This document shows, in pieces, positions 1-8,285 of a stretch of DNA of 32,000 nt. Made by a program: the position numbers and the translations under genes. Location of the stretch: assembly GCF_900079115.1 (NCBI RefSeq), contig NZ_LT549890.1, forward strand, positions 2,850,001 through 2,882,000. Reading direction: 5' to 3'. The first letter of the stretch is position 1, and the number at the start of each line of letters is the position of its first letter. The DNA is from Saccharolobus solfataricus. Its GTDB lineage: Archaea > Thermoproteota > Thermoprotei_A > Sulfolobales > Sulfolobaceae. Under the pieces are notes generated by a model. It had not been told where the DNA came from. It searched no databases and worked only from the letters and a program-made list of their open reading frames with translations.

Positions 1-2
1 AT

Positions 3-224
3 ACCCAATTAGCCTTAGCGTGGATTTTCAAGATTCAAGAAATCAATCAAATTACCATAGTCCCTATAATAGGGGTTACAAAAATTAATCAGCTAGAGGA
101 AAACATTGAGAGCCTAAATGTGAAGATATCGAATGATACATATAAGAAGTTAGACGAAATTTCAAAACGCGTTAAGGTAAATTGGGAAATTAAATATAAT
201 AAGATTATAAAAAGATTTGAATAA
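3..224 (+). CDS. aldo/keto reductase family protein, C-terminal fragment (5' end lies outside the window)
   Basis: Frame 3 is open from the window edge to TAA at 222-224. It translates to TQLALAWIFKIQEINQITIVPIIGVTKINQLEENIESLNVKISNDTYKKLDEISK..., which matches the conserved AKR C-terminus (QxALAW...IPG....QLEENL..L...L). Confidence 0.6.
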   Translation, partial: TQLALAWIFKIQEINQITIVPIIGVTKINQLEENIESLNVKISNDTYKKLDEISKRVKVNWEIKYNKIIKRFE

Positions 225-304
225 CTTTTGAGTACTTTGCCAATATAATTTTAAATTACAAAAAATCTATAGTTAAGTCATTTATATTCAACATTTGGAA
301 ATTA

Positions 305-2158
305 TTAGATAGTTTTATATGGATCCGGCACTGCCTCTATTAAACGTTTAGTATACTCATGAGATGGATTGGATATAACTTCATAAGTGTTTCCCTTTTC
401 TACTATCCTTCCCTTATAAATAACCATAATCTCGTCAGCAATATAATTTACAGTTGCAATGTCGTGGGTTATGTATAATATGCTGATACCATTCTTTTTA
501 AACTTCTTAATTAGATTTAATATGCCTGCCCTCAACGAGGCATCTAACATGGAAACTGGTTCATCAGCAACTAACACTTTAGGTTCTACAGCAGTTGCTC
601 TAGCTATTGCCACCCTTTGCCTTTCTCCACCAGATAGCTCATGAGGATATTTATATAGATATTTCTCGGGTGGCTTTAATCCTACATTTTTAAGAACCTC
701 AATTATTTTCGGTAATAATTGATCTTTATTTGAAACCTTTTTATGTATGAGTAAAGGTCTCTCTACGTGCCACCTAACAGTATGACGAGGATCAAGCGAA
801 GAGTAAGGATCTTGGAATATCATCTGAACGTTCTCCTTATACCACATAGAGTTCCTCACGCCGTATTCACTCACATCTTTTCCTAATAGAATTATCTTAC
901 CAGAAGTCTGTTGAATCATACCAGCTAGTATTTTAGCGATAGTAGACTTACCATGTCCACTTCCGCCTACCAATGCTGTTATAGTGCCCTTCTTTAACTC
1001 AAAGGATACATCATTAACAGCATTGATGGGTTCACTTAAAATAAGGTTTTTTCTAATATAATAAATTTTACTTAAATTCAGTATCTTCATTACAACCTCA
1101 TGTTGATTGCTCTCTGATAAATCAGTTTCTGCCTTCTCCTCAGCATAATATTCTAACGGTATGGGAAGAGTAGATAAGTCAACATATCCCCCTTTTTGTA
1201 GGAAACACCTAGCCTTATGACCATCCATTATATCTCCTAAAGCTGGGTTAAGAGTGCTACATTTTTCCATCTTGAATGGACATCTATCATAAAACCTACA
1301 TGAATTAGGTACTTTCGATAGCATAAGTGGTGGATTCCCTGGTATTGATAATAATTTCTCTCGTCTCTTTACCAAAGACGGGAGGCTACTTATAAGAAGG
1401 TATGTATATGGATGAGACGGCCTTTTTATAATTTCCTCCTTTGATCCAATCTCTACTATCTCACCAGCATACATTATGCCTACTCTATCCGATATCATCA
1501 ACAACATTGATATATCATGAGATATAATTACTAAAGAAACACCTAACTGTCTTTGTATTCTCTTTAGATCCTTAAGTATTTCATATTGGACAATAACGTC
1601 CAGTCCTGTTGTAGGCTCATCGAGTATTATTAAAGAGGGGTTTAAGAGAATAGACGTAGCTATTACAACTCTTTGCCTCATACCGCCTGATAACTCATGC
1701 GGATACATATTAACTACATTATAAGGAAGATCCACTAACTCCAGTTTCTCTTTTATTAACTTACGTGCCTCTTCCACATTTACTCCATGACTTACCGCAG
1801 CTCGCATCATTTGATCACCTATTTTAGCTACTGGATCTAACGCATCCATAGCAAACTGAGGTACATACACGAACTCTTTCATTCTAAGCTTTCTGAGTTC
1901 TTCCTGAGTAATTGATAAGATATCTTTGTCTTTCAAATAAACGTGGCCCCTAAGGACTACTCCAGGGTACTTAAGTAAGCCGTAAATTGCCATTGCTAAC
2001 GTAGACTTCCCACATCCAGATTCGCCCGCTATAGCGAAAATCTCATTTGGATATACCTCAAAATTAACGTTAGTAACACCAATTACAAATCCATCTTGAT
2101 TAAAATAACCTGCTGTTAATTCATTTACCTTGAGTAAACTATCCATAATCTCCTCCAC
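305..2158 (-). CDS. fused tandem-NBD ABC transporter ATP-binding protein, Dpp/Opp (peptide/nickel) class
   Basis: 617-aa ORF with two complete nucleotide-binding domains. Walker A: GESGCGKS and GGSGHGKS. Signatures: LSGGMRQR and LSGGERQR. Walker B: LIILDEPT and VLVADEPV. A Cys-rich oligopeptide-type extension (CRFYDRCPFKMEKC) follows NBD1. Confidence 0.9.
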   Translation of the reverse strand: MEEIMDSLLKVNELTAGYFNQDGFVIGVTNVNFEVYPNEIFAIAGESGCGKSTLAMAIYGLLKYPGVVLRGHVYLKDKDILSITQEELRKLRMKEFVYVPQFAMDALDPVAKIGDQMMRAAVSHGVNVEEARKLIKEKLELVDLPYNVVNMYPHELSGGMRQRVVIATSILLNPSLIILDEPTTGLDVIVQYEILKDLKRIQRQLGVSLVIISHDISMLLMISDRVGIMYAGEIVEIGSKEEIIKRPSHPYTYLLISSLPSLVKRREKLLSIPGNPPLMLSKVPNSCRFYDRCPFKMEKCSTLNPALGDIMDGHKARCFLQKGGYVDLSTLPIPLEYYAEEKAETDLSESNQHEVVMKILNLSKIYYIRKNLILSEPINAVNDVSFELKKGTITALVGGSGHGKSTIAKILAGMIQQTSGKIILLGKDVSEYGVRNSMWYKENVQMIFQDPYSSLDPRHTVRWHVERPLLIHKKVSNKDQLLPKIIEVLKNVGLKPPEKYLYKYPHELSGGERQRVAIARATAVEPKVLVADEPVSMLDASLRAGILNLIKKFKKNGISILYITHDIATVNYIADEIMVIYKGRIVEKGNTYEVISNPSHEYTKRLIEAVPDPYKTI

Positions 2159-2265
2159 CTTAACAAAAAATATAGTAACTCTAAAATAAAAACTTTTTGC
2201 GATATATTGTTATTCTGTATTTTCGTACAGAAAGACGATCGAATCGATTTAGTTTAATCTTAGTA

Positions 2266-2274
2266 TCAGAATGA
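2266..2274. repeat. left copy of the 9-bp target-site duplication TCAGAATGA of the ISC1058-type element
   Basis: An identical 9-mer occurs at 3333-3341. The spacing of 1067 bp equals 1058 + 9. The match extends 3 nt further (GTA), so the exact junction is ambiguous by up to 3 nt. Confidence 0.75.
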
Positions 2275-3332
2275 TGCTTTGTGGATTGCTTCAGAATTGT
2301 ACAAAAAGTTTATAAATTATTCGTTTAAGTATTACCTATGGAAAAGAGTAAGTACAAGAGGGACTGGAGCAAGTACGACGAGAACGTCATTACTAGATAT
2401 AAGTTGATGTTCCCCTTCTACGTATTCGAACATTGGTGGGACTTATTAGCAGAGGAGAACAGGAACGCTAGGACAAAGTATAAAGCTCCGAAGGAGTTCG
2501 ACGAATTCCTAGCCTTCCTCCACATCTTCCTACCTTACAGAGCAATAGAAGGAGTATTAAGAGCCTTAGAACAATTGAAGATCATCCCCACAAGCCTCGA
2601 TTACTCAACAATATGGAAGAGAGTGAGGAACATGAAAATAACCTTCCCCGAGGCAAGTGACGAACTTGAAGTAATTGCAGACGCTACAGGCATTAGCACA
2701 AACACGGGAGGACAATACATTGTTGCCAAGTGGGGTAAGACTAGGGATTCAAAATTCCTCAAGATCGAGATAGTAATGGACAATAACGAATTCAACGTGA
2801 TAAACGCTGAGGTCACTAGCAACGAGGTTGAAAGCGCTGTAAAAACAGTTAAGGATCTTCAAGATAAGGGAAAGAAGGTCAAGAAGTTTTATGGAGATAA
2901 GACATATGACGCCAATGAGGTTTACAAGACCGGAGTTGAGGTTGTAGTTCCTCCCAAGAAGAACGCTTCTACTAAAAGGGGCCATCTTGCTAGACGTAAG
3001 GCTGTGCGGGAGTTTAGGAAGTTGGGTTATGATCGTTGGAGGGAGGAGAAGGGTTATGGCGTTAGGTGGAGGGTCGAGTCCTTGTTCTCTGCGGTGAAGC
3101 GTACTTTTGGGGAATCGGTTAGGGCAACAAGTTTTGCTGGACAAGTAGTTGAGGCTAAGCTCAAGTTCTGGGCTTACGCGTGGATGGTTCACTTGGCGAA
3201 TTCTGTAGTCGGTAGGGCTCCGGGCATTAGGGTGTAAGCTTGAGAGGAACGTTGAAATAAATATTAATTACTGAAAAATTAGTGTTATACAATATCGTTT
3301 TAATGAGACAAATTGAACAAATCAACAAAGTA
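2275..3332 (+). mobile_element. ISC1058-type IS5-family insertion sequence, exactly 1058 bp
   Basis: Imperfect terminal inverted repeats: TGCTTTGTGGATTGCTTCA... at the left end versus the reverse complement of the right end, TACTTTGTTGATTTGTTCA... (about 15/19 identical). It has a flanking 9-bp direct repeat and a single 299-aa DDE transposase ORF. The element name is inferred from its length and from the Sulfolobus IS nomenclature recalled from memory. Confidence 0.85.
2338..3237 (+). CDS. IS5-family DDE transposase (ISC1058-type)
   Basis: 299 aa. Candidate catalytic positions lie in ..VIADATGIS.., ..FYGDKTYDANE.. and ..RWRVESLFSAVKRTFGE.. (the IS5-type E-containing motif). The ORF lies inside the IR-bounded element. 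Confidence 0.9.
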   Translation: MEKSKYKRDWSKYDENVITRYKLMFPFYVFEHWWDLLAEENRNARTKYKAPKEFDEFLAFLHIFLPYRAIEGVLRALEQLKIIPTSLDYSTIWKRVRNMKITFPEASDELEVIADATGISTNTGGQYIVAKWGKTRDSKFLKIEIVMDNNEFNVINAEVTSNEVESAVKTVKDLQDKGKKVKKFYGDKTYDANEVYKTGVEVVVPPKKNASTKRGHLARRKAVREFRKLGYDRWREEKGYGVRWRVESLFSAVKRTFGESVRATSFAGQVVEAKLKFWAYAWMVHLANSVVGRAPGIRV

Positions 3333-3341
3333 TCAGAATGA
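3333..3341. repeat. right copy of the 9-bp target-site duplication TCAGAATGA
   Basis: Identical to 2266-2274 and immediately follows the right IR. Confidence 0.75.
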
Positions 3342-3429
3342 CAAAAGTTTATATACAATGGTAAAACATAATTATATTTGGTGATACCTGACGAAAGTAA
3401 CTTATATTCTCTACAAACTTGCAATTTAT

Positions 3430-4398
3430 GTGGCCACATTTTTTGTGGTCATAACAGTAAACTTCATATTACCAAGATTAATGCCAGGAAGCGCTCTTGC
3501 TGTAGTAATATCCTTAATTGAAGGACAGAATGGTGTCGCTGCTACAGCTGGAAGTAGCGCGATAGCCCTTGAAGTAAGCCAGCTTGAAGCTGCATTTGGT
3601 TTAACTCCTGCACCATGGTATGTACAGTATGCGCATTACATACAAGGAATATTTACGCTAAACCTAGGAGCCAGCATAACATATTACCCAACTCCTGTAC
3701 TCTCCATAATTTTAAGCGGACTACCTTGGACATTATTTCTAGTCGTAGTTGGAGCAATCATAGCCTTCTTCCTTGGAAGTTATCTTGGAAGTATAGCCGG
3801 TTTTAACAGAAGAAGTAGAAAAGATTTAGTAATATTAATAATTACATCAATCTTGGCTGCTTTGCCTTCATTCGTTATTTTAATGTATTTAGAAATGTGG
3901 TTATCCGTGCAACATGGAATATTTCTTATAAGCTTCCCAAGCAAGATTAATACTAGTCCCAATTCAATTATGGCCCTTTCAAGATTTTATACACTCCCAA
4001 TAATAGCGTTAATGTTTACATCATTATCGGGATTTGTGCTGGGAATGAGAAATAATATGCTACATACGATTAGAGATAATTATGTAACTTACGCAGAGAT
4101 TCTTGGATTAGATCATAATCGAATTAGAAAGATGGTTTACAAAAACTCATTGTTACCAAATATAACCGCCTTTGCAATAATATTGGGTCTCGCAATAAGC
4201 CAGTCACTGACTGTAGAAGGTCTATTAACGACACCAGGTGTGGGATTCTTCTTCGGGTTAGCATTAACTTCAAAGGATTTACCCCTTCTCCAAGGGATTT
4301 TCTTATTTATCGCAATAATGTTAATACTTTCAATAGCTATAGTAGAAGCAATCTACACTATTCTAGATCCTAGAGCAAGGGTGAGTGAAAGTGAGTAA
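3430..4398 (+). CDS. ABC transporter permease, DppB/OppB-like (N-terminus probably compromised)
   Basis: 322-aa polytopic membrane ORF. The segment ..FILPRLMPGS.. corresponds to the conserved DppB/OppB N-terminal segment. The GTG at 3430 is simply the first start codon after an in-frame TGA at 3382-3384. A 14-nt overlap with the next permease gene indicates an operon. Confidence 0.8.
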   Translation: MATFFVVITVNFILPRLMPGSALAVVISLIEGQNGVAATAGSSAIALEVSQLEAAFGLTPAPWYVQYAHYIQGIFTLNLGASITYYPTPVLSIILSGLPWTLFLVVVGAIIAFFLGSYLGSIAGFNRRSRKDLVILIITSILAALPSFVILMYLEMWLSVQHGIFLISFPSKINTSPNSIMALSRFYTLPIIALMFTSLSGFVLGMRNNMLHTIRDNYVTYAEILGLDHNRIRKMVYKNSLLPNITAFAIILGLAISQSLTVEGLLTTPGVGFFFGLALTSKDLPLLQGIFLFIAIMLILSIAIVEAIYTILDPRARVSESE

Positions 4399-5356
4399 AT
4401 ATTACAATAGAATTAGAAAAGCATTATTTAATAATAAATTTATATTAGCTGGAATTGTAATAATCTTAGTAGACTTTGCGATAGGGATAGTGGGAGCTTT
4501 TTGGACACCGTATCCAGTTTCAGAAACCTTCGGAATTTCTCTTCCTCCTAGTTCCGCTCATATCTTAGGGACTGATGAATTTGGTCATGATGTTCTCTCA
4601 GTGATGATGGCATCTACGCTAACCTCTCTAATTGTAGGAATTTCAGTTGGAGCATTAATTGCAATTATTAGTACGCTAATTGGATTGTTTGGAGGCTACT
4701 ACGGTGGTAAGATAAGTGGTGTAATAATTGATATATTAACTATTACCGCTTTAACTATACCAGGTGTCATCTTATTAGTAATAATAGAAGCGTACTTTAG
4801 AGCTGCTAGTTCGACTATAAATATAACCTTGAGTTACATAATAGTTGTTATAGGACTTGCGATAACTAGTTGGGCTTTCGGTGCCAAGCAAATAAGAGCT
4901 CAGGTCCTTTCTATATCAAAAAGGGATTATATTATAGCTTCAAGATTAATTGGAGAGAAATCTTGGAGAATAATATTTAATCAAATATTACCATCGATAC
5001 TTCCATTAACAGTTGCACAGTTTCTTTTTGGAGTACTATATGGAATCTTATCACTAATTACTGCAGAATTTTGGGGTGTATTGCCAACTAACATAAACAA
5101 TTTAGGAACTATGCTATTCTTTATCTCATCCAACGGAGCTTACCTAAGTAATCAGTGGTGGTGGATATTAGGTGCGATAATACCAATTATGGTATTAGGC
5201 GCTGGTCTAGGGATATTGAATATAGGAATAGACGAGTTTATTGATCCTAGACTAAAAGAGGTTAAACCTAAGGTAATTCCGGAAAAGATTGTTATACTTG
5301 AGGAACAGGAGATAATAGAAGTACCAATGTTAGGAAATTATAAGAATAGAAAATGA
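4385..5356 (+). CDS. ABC transporter permease, DppC/OppC-like
   Basis: 323-aa polytopic membrane ORF. It has an N-terminal TM, an extracellular loop and then five TMs, with a typical ..IDEFIDPRL.. C-terminal segment. It overlaps the upstream permease gene. Confidence 0.85.
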   Translation: MKVSKYYNRIRKALFNNKFILAGIVIILVDFAIGIVGAFWTPYPVSETFGISLPPSSAHILGTDEFGHDVLSVMMASTLTSLIVGISVGALIAIISTLIGLFGGYYGGKISGVIIDILTITALTIPGVILLVIIEAYFRAASSTINITLSYIIVVIGLAITSWAFGAKQIRAQVLSISKRDYIIASRLIGEKSWRIIFNQILPSILPLTVAQFLFGVLYGILSLITAEFWGVLPTNINNLGTMLFFISSNGAYLSNQWWWILGAIIPIMVLGAGLGILNIGIDEFIDPRLKEVKPKVIPEKIVILEEQEIIEVPMLGNYKNRK

Positions 5357-5956
5357 TTCTAATGTATTAAGAAGATATATTCAGATTTTTACTATTTTAA
5401 AAACTTTTACTAACTTCCTATACATTAAATCAAGTTAGGGATTAGATATATTTAATACTAGCAATTAAGAACATAGATAAAAGAAATCACACAAAGATAT
5501 GTGATACTCATAATTCATTGTACTAAGTAGTATATAATTAAAAGGGAAACTTATCCATATGAAATAACTGAATTTTAACTTAAATTAAATTTACCTAGAT
5601 AAAGAACTCTGTCATATTTAAATTTTACTAGATACTTATATAGGTTAGTACCGCTATTTAAACCCGAAAAATCACATAAATAAATATTTTAACTTCAGAT
5701 CCGTAACTATTAACAATAATGTATTTTCACGTGACGATATGCTAATTCTTTTTCATAAGGAAGCGGTATTGTAGACAATTTTACAAGCATTATTCAACTT
5801 TTATACGAATTCTCTTAACACAATACAATTTGAATACATCCTTTTGAAGTTCCCGTTATAGTATGCACTAGGTATCTGGGCAAAGAGATTTGAAGCCTAT
5901 TGAATACTAAGCAATAGTAAATTGTAACCCAATAATATACTACTAAGTAGAGCTAA

Positions 5957-7443
5957 CTATCTATAATCTAGGATAACCCTTATAACAAGAGGAGCCCTTA
6001 TAACTTCCTCTATTTTTATCTTTAAACCTTCATCACTTAAACTCCACTCTAACTTACCTTTCCCATCTAATCTGCTTACATCTACTATTACAGCTTCTTC
6101 TATTAGCTTTAGATTTTTCATAAACGACCTTAACGTAATTTCCTTAGGCTTTCCGAAGAGAATAGCGTAAATATGCCTTTGTCGCGGATAATAGTCTTTC
6201 ACAGTGTATCTCACATCTTGATAGCCTAAAGTAATTTTTCTCTCTGTAAAGAATCCCCCTTCATTAATTCCAGAAGGACCTTCTCCGTAAACTCTCCACG
6301 GTTTTGATCCGAAAATCGCTTCGCCATTTACATTTAGCCAATCCCCAACATCAAGTAGAATTCTCTTAGCCTCTTCTGGTATCGTACCGTCAGCTTTAGG
6401 TCCTATATTCAAGAGAAAAACTCCATTTTTACTAACAACATCACCTAAATGGGATAATATAACACTAGGTAGCTTGTATTCAGCATCTTTGATGTAACCC
6501 CAGGATTTGTAGTCTATAGAAGTGTCAGCTAACCATGTGGAGGGATATACGTTCTTTATTGTTCCCCTTTCAGCTAAATCCGGTATGGCTGTACCTTCCC
6601 CAAATGCCCCTTGCTTGTAAATTATTACGGGTTCTATTCCCCATTTATATGACCTATTATAGTAATAGGACGCAAAGGCCTTCAAATATGGTTGGAAAGA
6701 GGGATTGGCAATCCACCAGTCGAAATAGACTAGCCATGGCCTATACTTTTCAACAGCCTCAACAATTCTAAGCAACCAATCCATTAGAAACTCATCATTT
6801 GGCTGTACATTATCCAGTGAAGGTGGATCTCTAGGATTTAGGGAAGCAGACTGAGCTGGGCCATATAAATCAAGATATCTGGGGTCCTTTACATCAGACT
6901 CTATTTTCATCCCTTGATCGAAAAACCACCAGTGCTCAGCCCTATGATACGAAATGCCAAATATTAGCCCTTGACCTTCAACAGCTTCCTTAAGTTCTCT
7001 AACAATGTCCCTTTTAGGTCCAATCTTGGTTGCACACCACCTAGTGTAATTTGATTCCCATAGTGCAAATCCATCGTGATGTTCTGCAACTAGGACTACG
7101 AATTTAGCTCCACTTTTCTTAAAGACCTTAGCCCACTCATATGGATCCCAATTCTCTCCAGTGAACATCGGTATGAAATCCTTATATCCGAAATCGGTTA
7201 CTGGGCCGAATTTTTTAGGTGATATTGGTGTTCTGGTCTATCTGGCATGTACATGTATCTAGGGTACCATTCATTACCAAATGCTGGTACTGAGTATACT
7301 CCCCAATGGATAAAAATACCGAATTTAGAGGTGGTAAACCACGATGGGACTATATACTTTTTTAATGAACTCCAAGTAGGTTTGAAAGGACCATTAGATG
7401 GTACTGGAAGTGATTTCAAGATTTTGTAAGAATTTTGTGACAT
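5957..7443 (-). CDS. fucA1: GH29 alpha-L-fucosidase, split into two ORFs joined by a programmed -1 ribosomal frameshift
   Basis: An 81-aa ORF (7443-7198) and a downstream ORF open to 5957 overlap in the -1 frame. Slipping at A-AAA-AAT gives ...HLKN|FGPVTDFGYKDFIPMFTGENWDPYEW..., a conceptual product of 78+14+403 = 495 aa with GH29-like sequence throughout. This matches the published S. solfataricus fucA1 (SSO11867/SSO3060) arrangement. Confidence 0.9.
7210..7216 (-). promoter_or_regulatory. -1 frameshift slippery heptamer A-AAA-AAT
   Basis: The minus strand reads cac cta aaa aat tcg gcc cag taa. The heptamer sits 4 codons before the 0-frame stop, and the -1 frame is open from here to 5957. 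Confidence 0.8.
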
Positions 7444-7546
7444 TTAACTGACCTACCTATTGATTAAAGGAAGTACACTTAAACTTTTCTTAAGTTGATT
7501 AACATTTAGCTGATAATGTCTTTCAGGGTAAAGCAGTTTTGGGAAA

Positions 7547-8284
7547 ATGCTTTCATTAACGTATAATTGGAAAGCTTTTAAACTTTTAAAAAAGTATGAA
7601 CTTGTGAGCCATAAGTACATTAACGTGATGGTTTCGCATCATGGCTGTTGGTCAGAGCTCACGAGTGTAAATTATATTGATACGTTAATTAACATTGAGT
7701 ACTCTAGTTTTGAGATACTTAAGGCAAGTAGGATTGCTATGATTAGAGGGAGTAAAGAAAATATTAAAGGGCAGATTAAGAACATTATAACTAAAGATAG
7801 GAGTATTATAGACTTTGATATATCAGAGATTGTTAGTGATAATAATAAGTACTCAATCTATTTAATATCAATGTTACAAGAGGCTGAGAATACGATGATA
7901 AGTAAACTGAGAGCTAAGGGTACTTCTATCATTGGGACTACCATACGAGATGGTAAGGAGATCTACGACGTTATAGTACCAAGAGACGTTAAGACTTTAG
8001 TTGTAGACGCCATAATGAAGGATGACAGGGTAAAAATTATCAACTTCGTGGAGAAGGACGTTAATGAGGAATTAATATTCAAAGTAATAAGTAGGAACTC
8101 GTTCGAAATGCTTCTAACTGAAAAGGAGAGAATGCTATTGAGAAAGGCAAGGGAGTTAGGTTATTTTAATGTGCCTAGAGATAGGAACTCTCAAGAACTA
8201 GCTAAACAATTAGGAGTTAGTAAGATGAATATCTCTTTCTCTTTAAGGAAGATACTTAAAAAAATCTCTGACTTGATAGATTAA
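7547..8284 (+). CDS. HTH_10 / Bat-like (COG3413-type) transcriptional regulator, divergent from fucA1
   Basis: The C-terminus LTEKERMLLRKARELGYFNVPRDRNSQELAKQLGVSKMNISFSLRKILKK matches the LTxxQxxxLxxAxxxGYFxxPR...LAxxLGISxxT..xxLR signature. The N-terminal HHGCWSE motif is typical of this family. The true start may be ATG 7628 (MVSHHGCW..), which is preceded by a TATA-like TTTTAAAAAAG. Confidence 0.75.
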   Translation: MLSLTYNWKAFKLLKKYELVSHKYINVMVSHHGCWSELTSVNYIDTLINIEYSSFEILKASRIAMIRGSKENIKGQIKNIITKDRSIIDFDISEIVSDNNKYSIYLISMLQEAENTMISKLRAKGTSIIGTTIRDGKEIYDVIVPRDVKTLVVDAIMKDDRVKIINFVEKDVNEELIFKVISRNSFEMLLTEKERMLLRKARELGYFNVPRDRNSQELAKQLGVSKMNISFSLRKILKKISDLID

Positions 8285-8285
8285 C

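Noticed and set aside
459-644. Short ORFs antisense to or nested in well-supported genes. Examples: 459-644, 3615-3962, 6535-6771, 7247-7429, 8316-8552, 9877-10074, 11965-12421, 16024-16245, 17091-17300, 18336-19184, 20768-20959, 21434-22051, 23125-23343, 25348-25563, 26170-26710, 28405-28611, 28859-29044, 29212-29529 and 31274-31576.
   Set aside because: Each overlaps a longer ORF that carries clear family motifs on the other strand or frame. None has motifs or a plausible promoter of its own.
3382-3384. The in-frame TGA as selenocysteine or programmed read-through.
   Set aside because: No SECIS-like structure was seen, and Sulfolobales are not known to use selenocysteine. The context (IS in the promoter, missing binding protein) favours a simple nonsense mutation.
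2601-3439. Minus-strand ORFs 2601-2822, 2749-3192 and 3227-3439.
   Set aside because: They are antisense to the ISC1058 transposase gene or span the IS right end. None has a recognisable motif. They are typical shadow ORFs.
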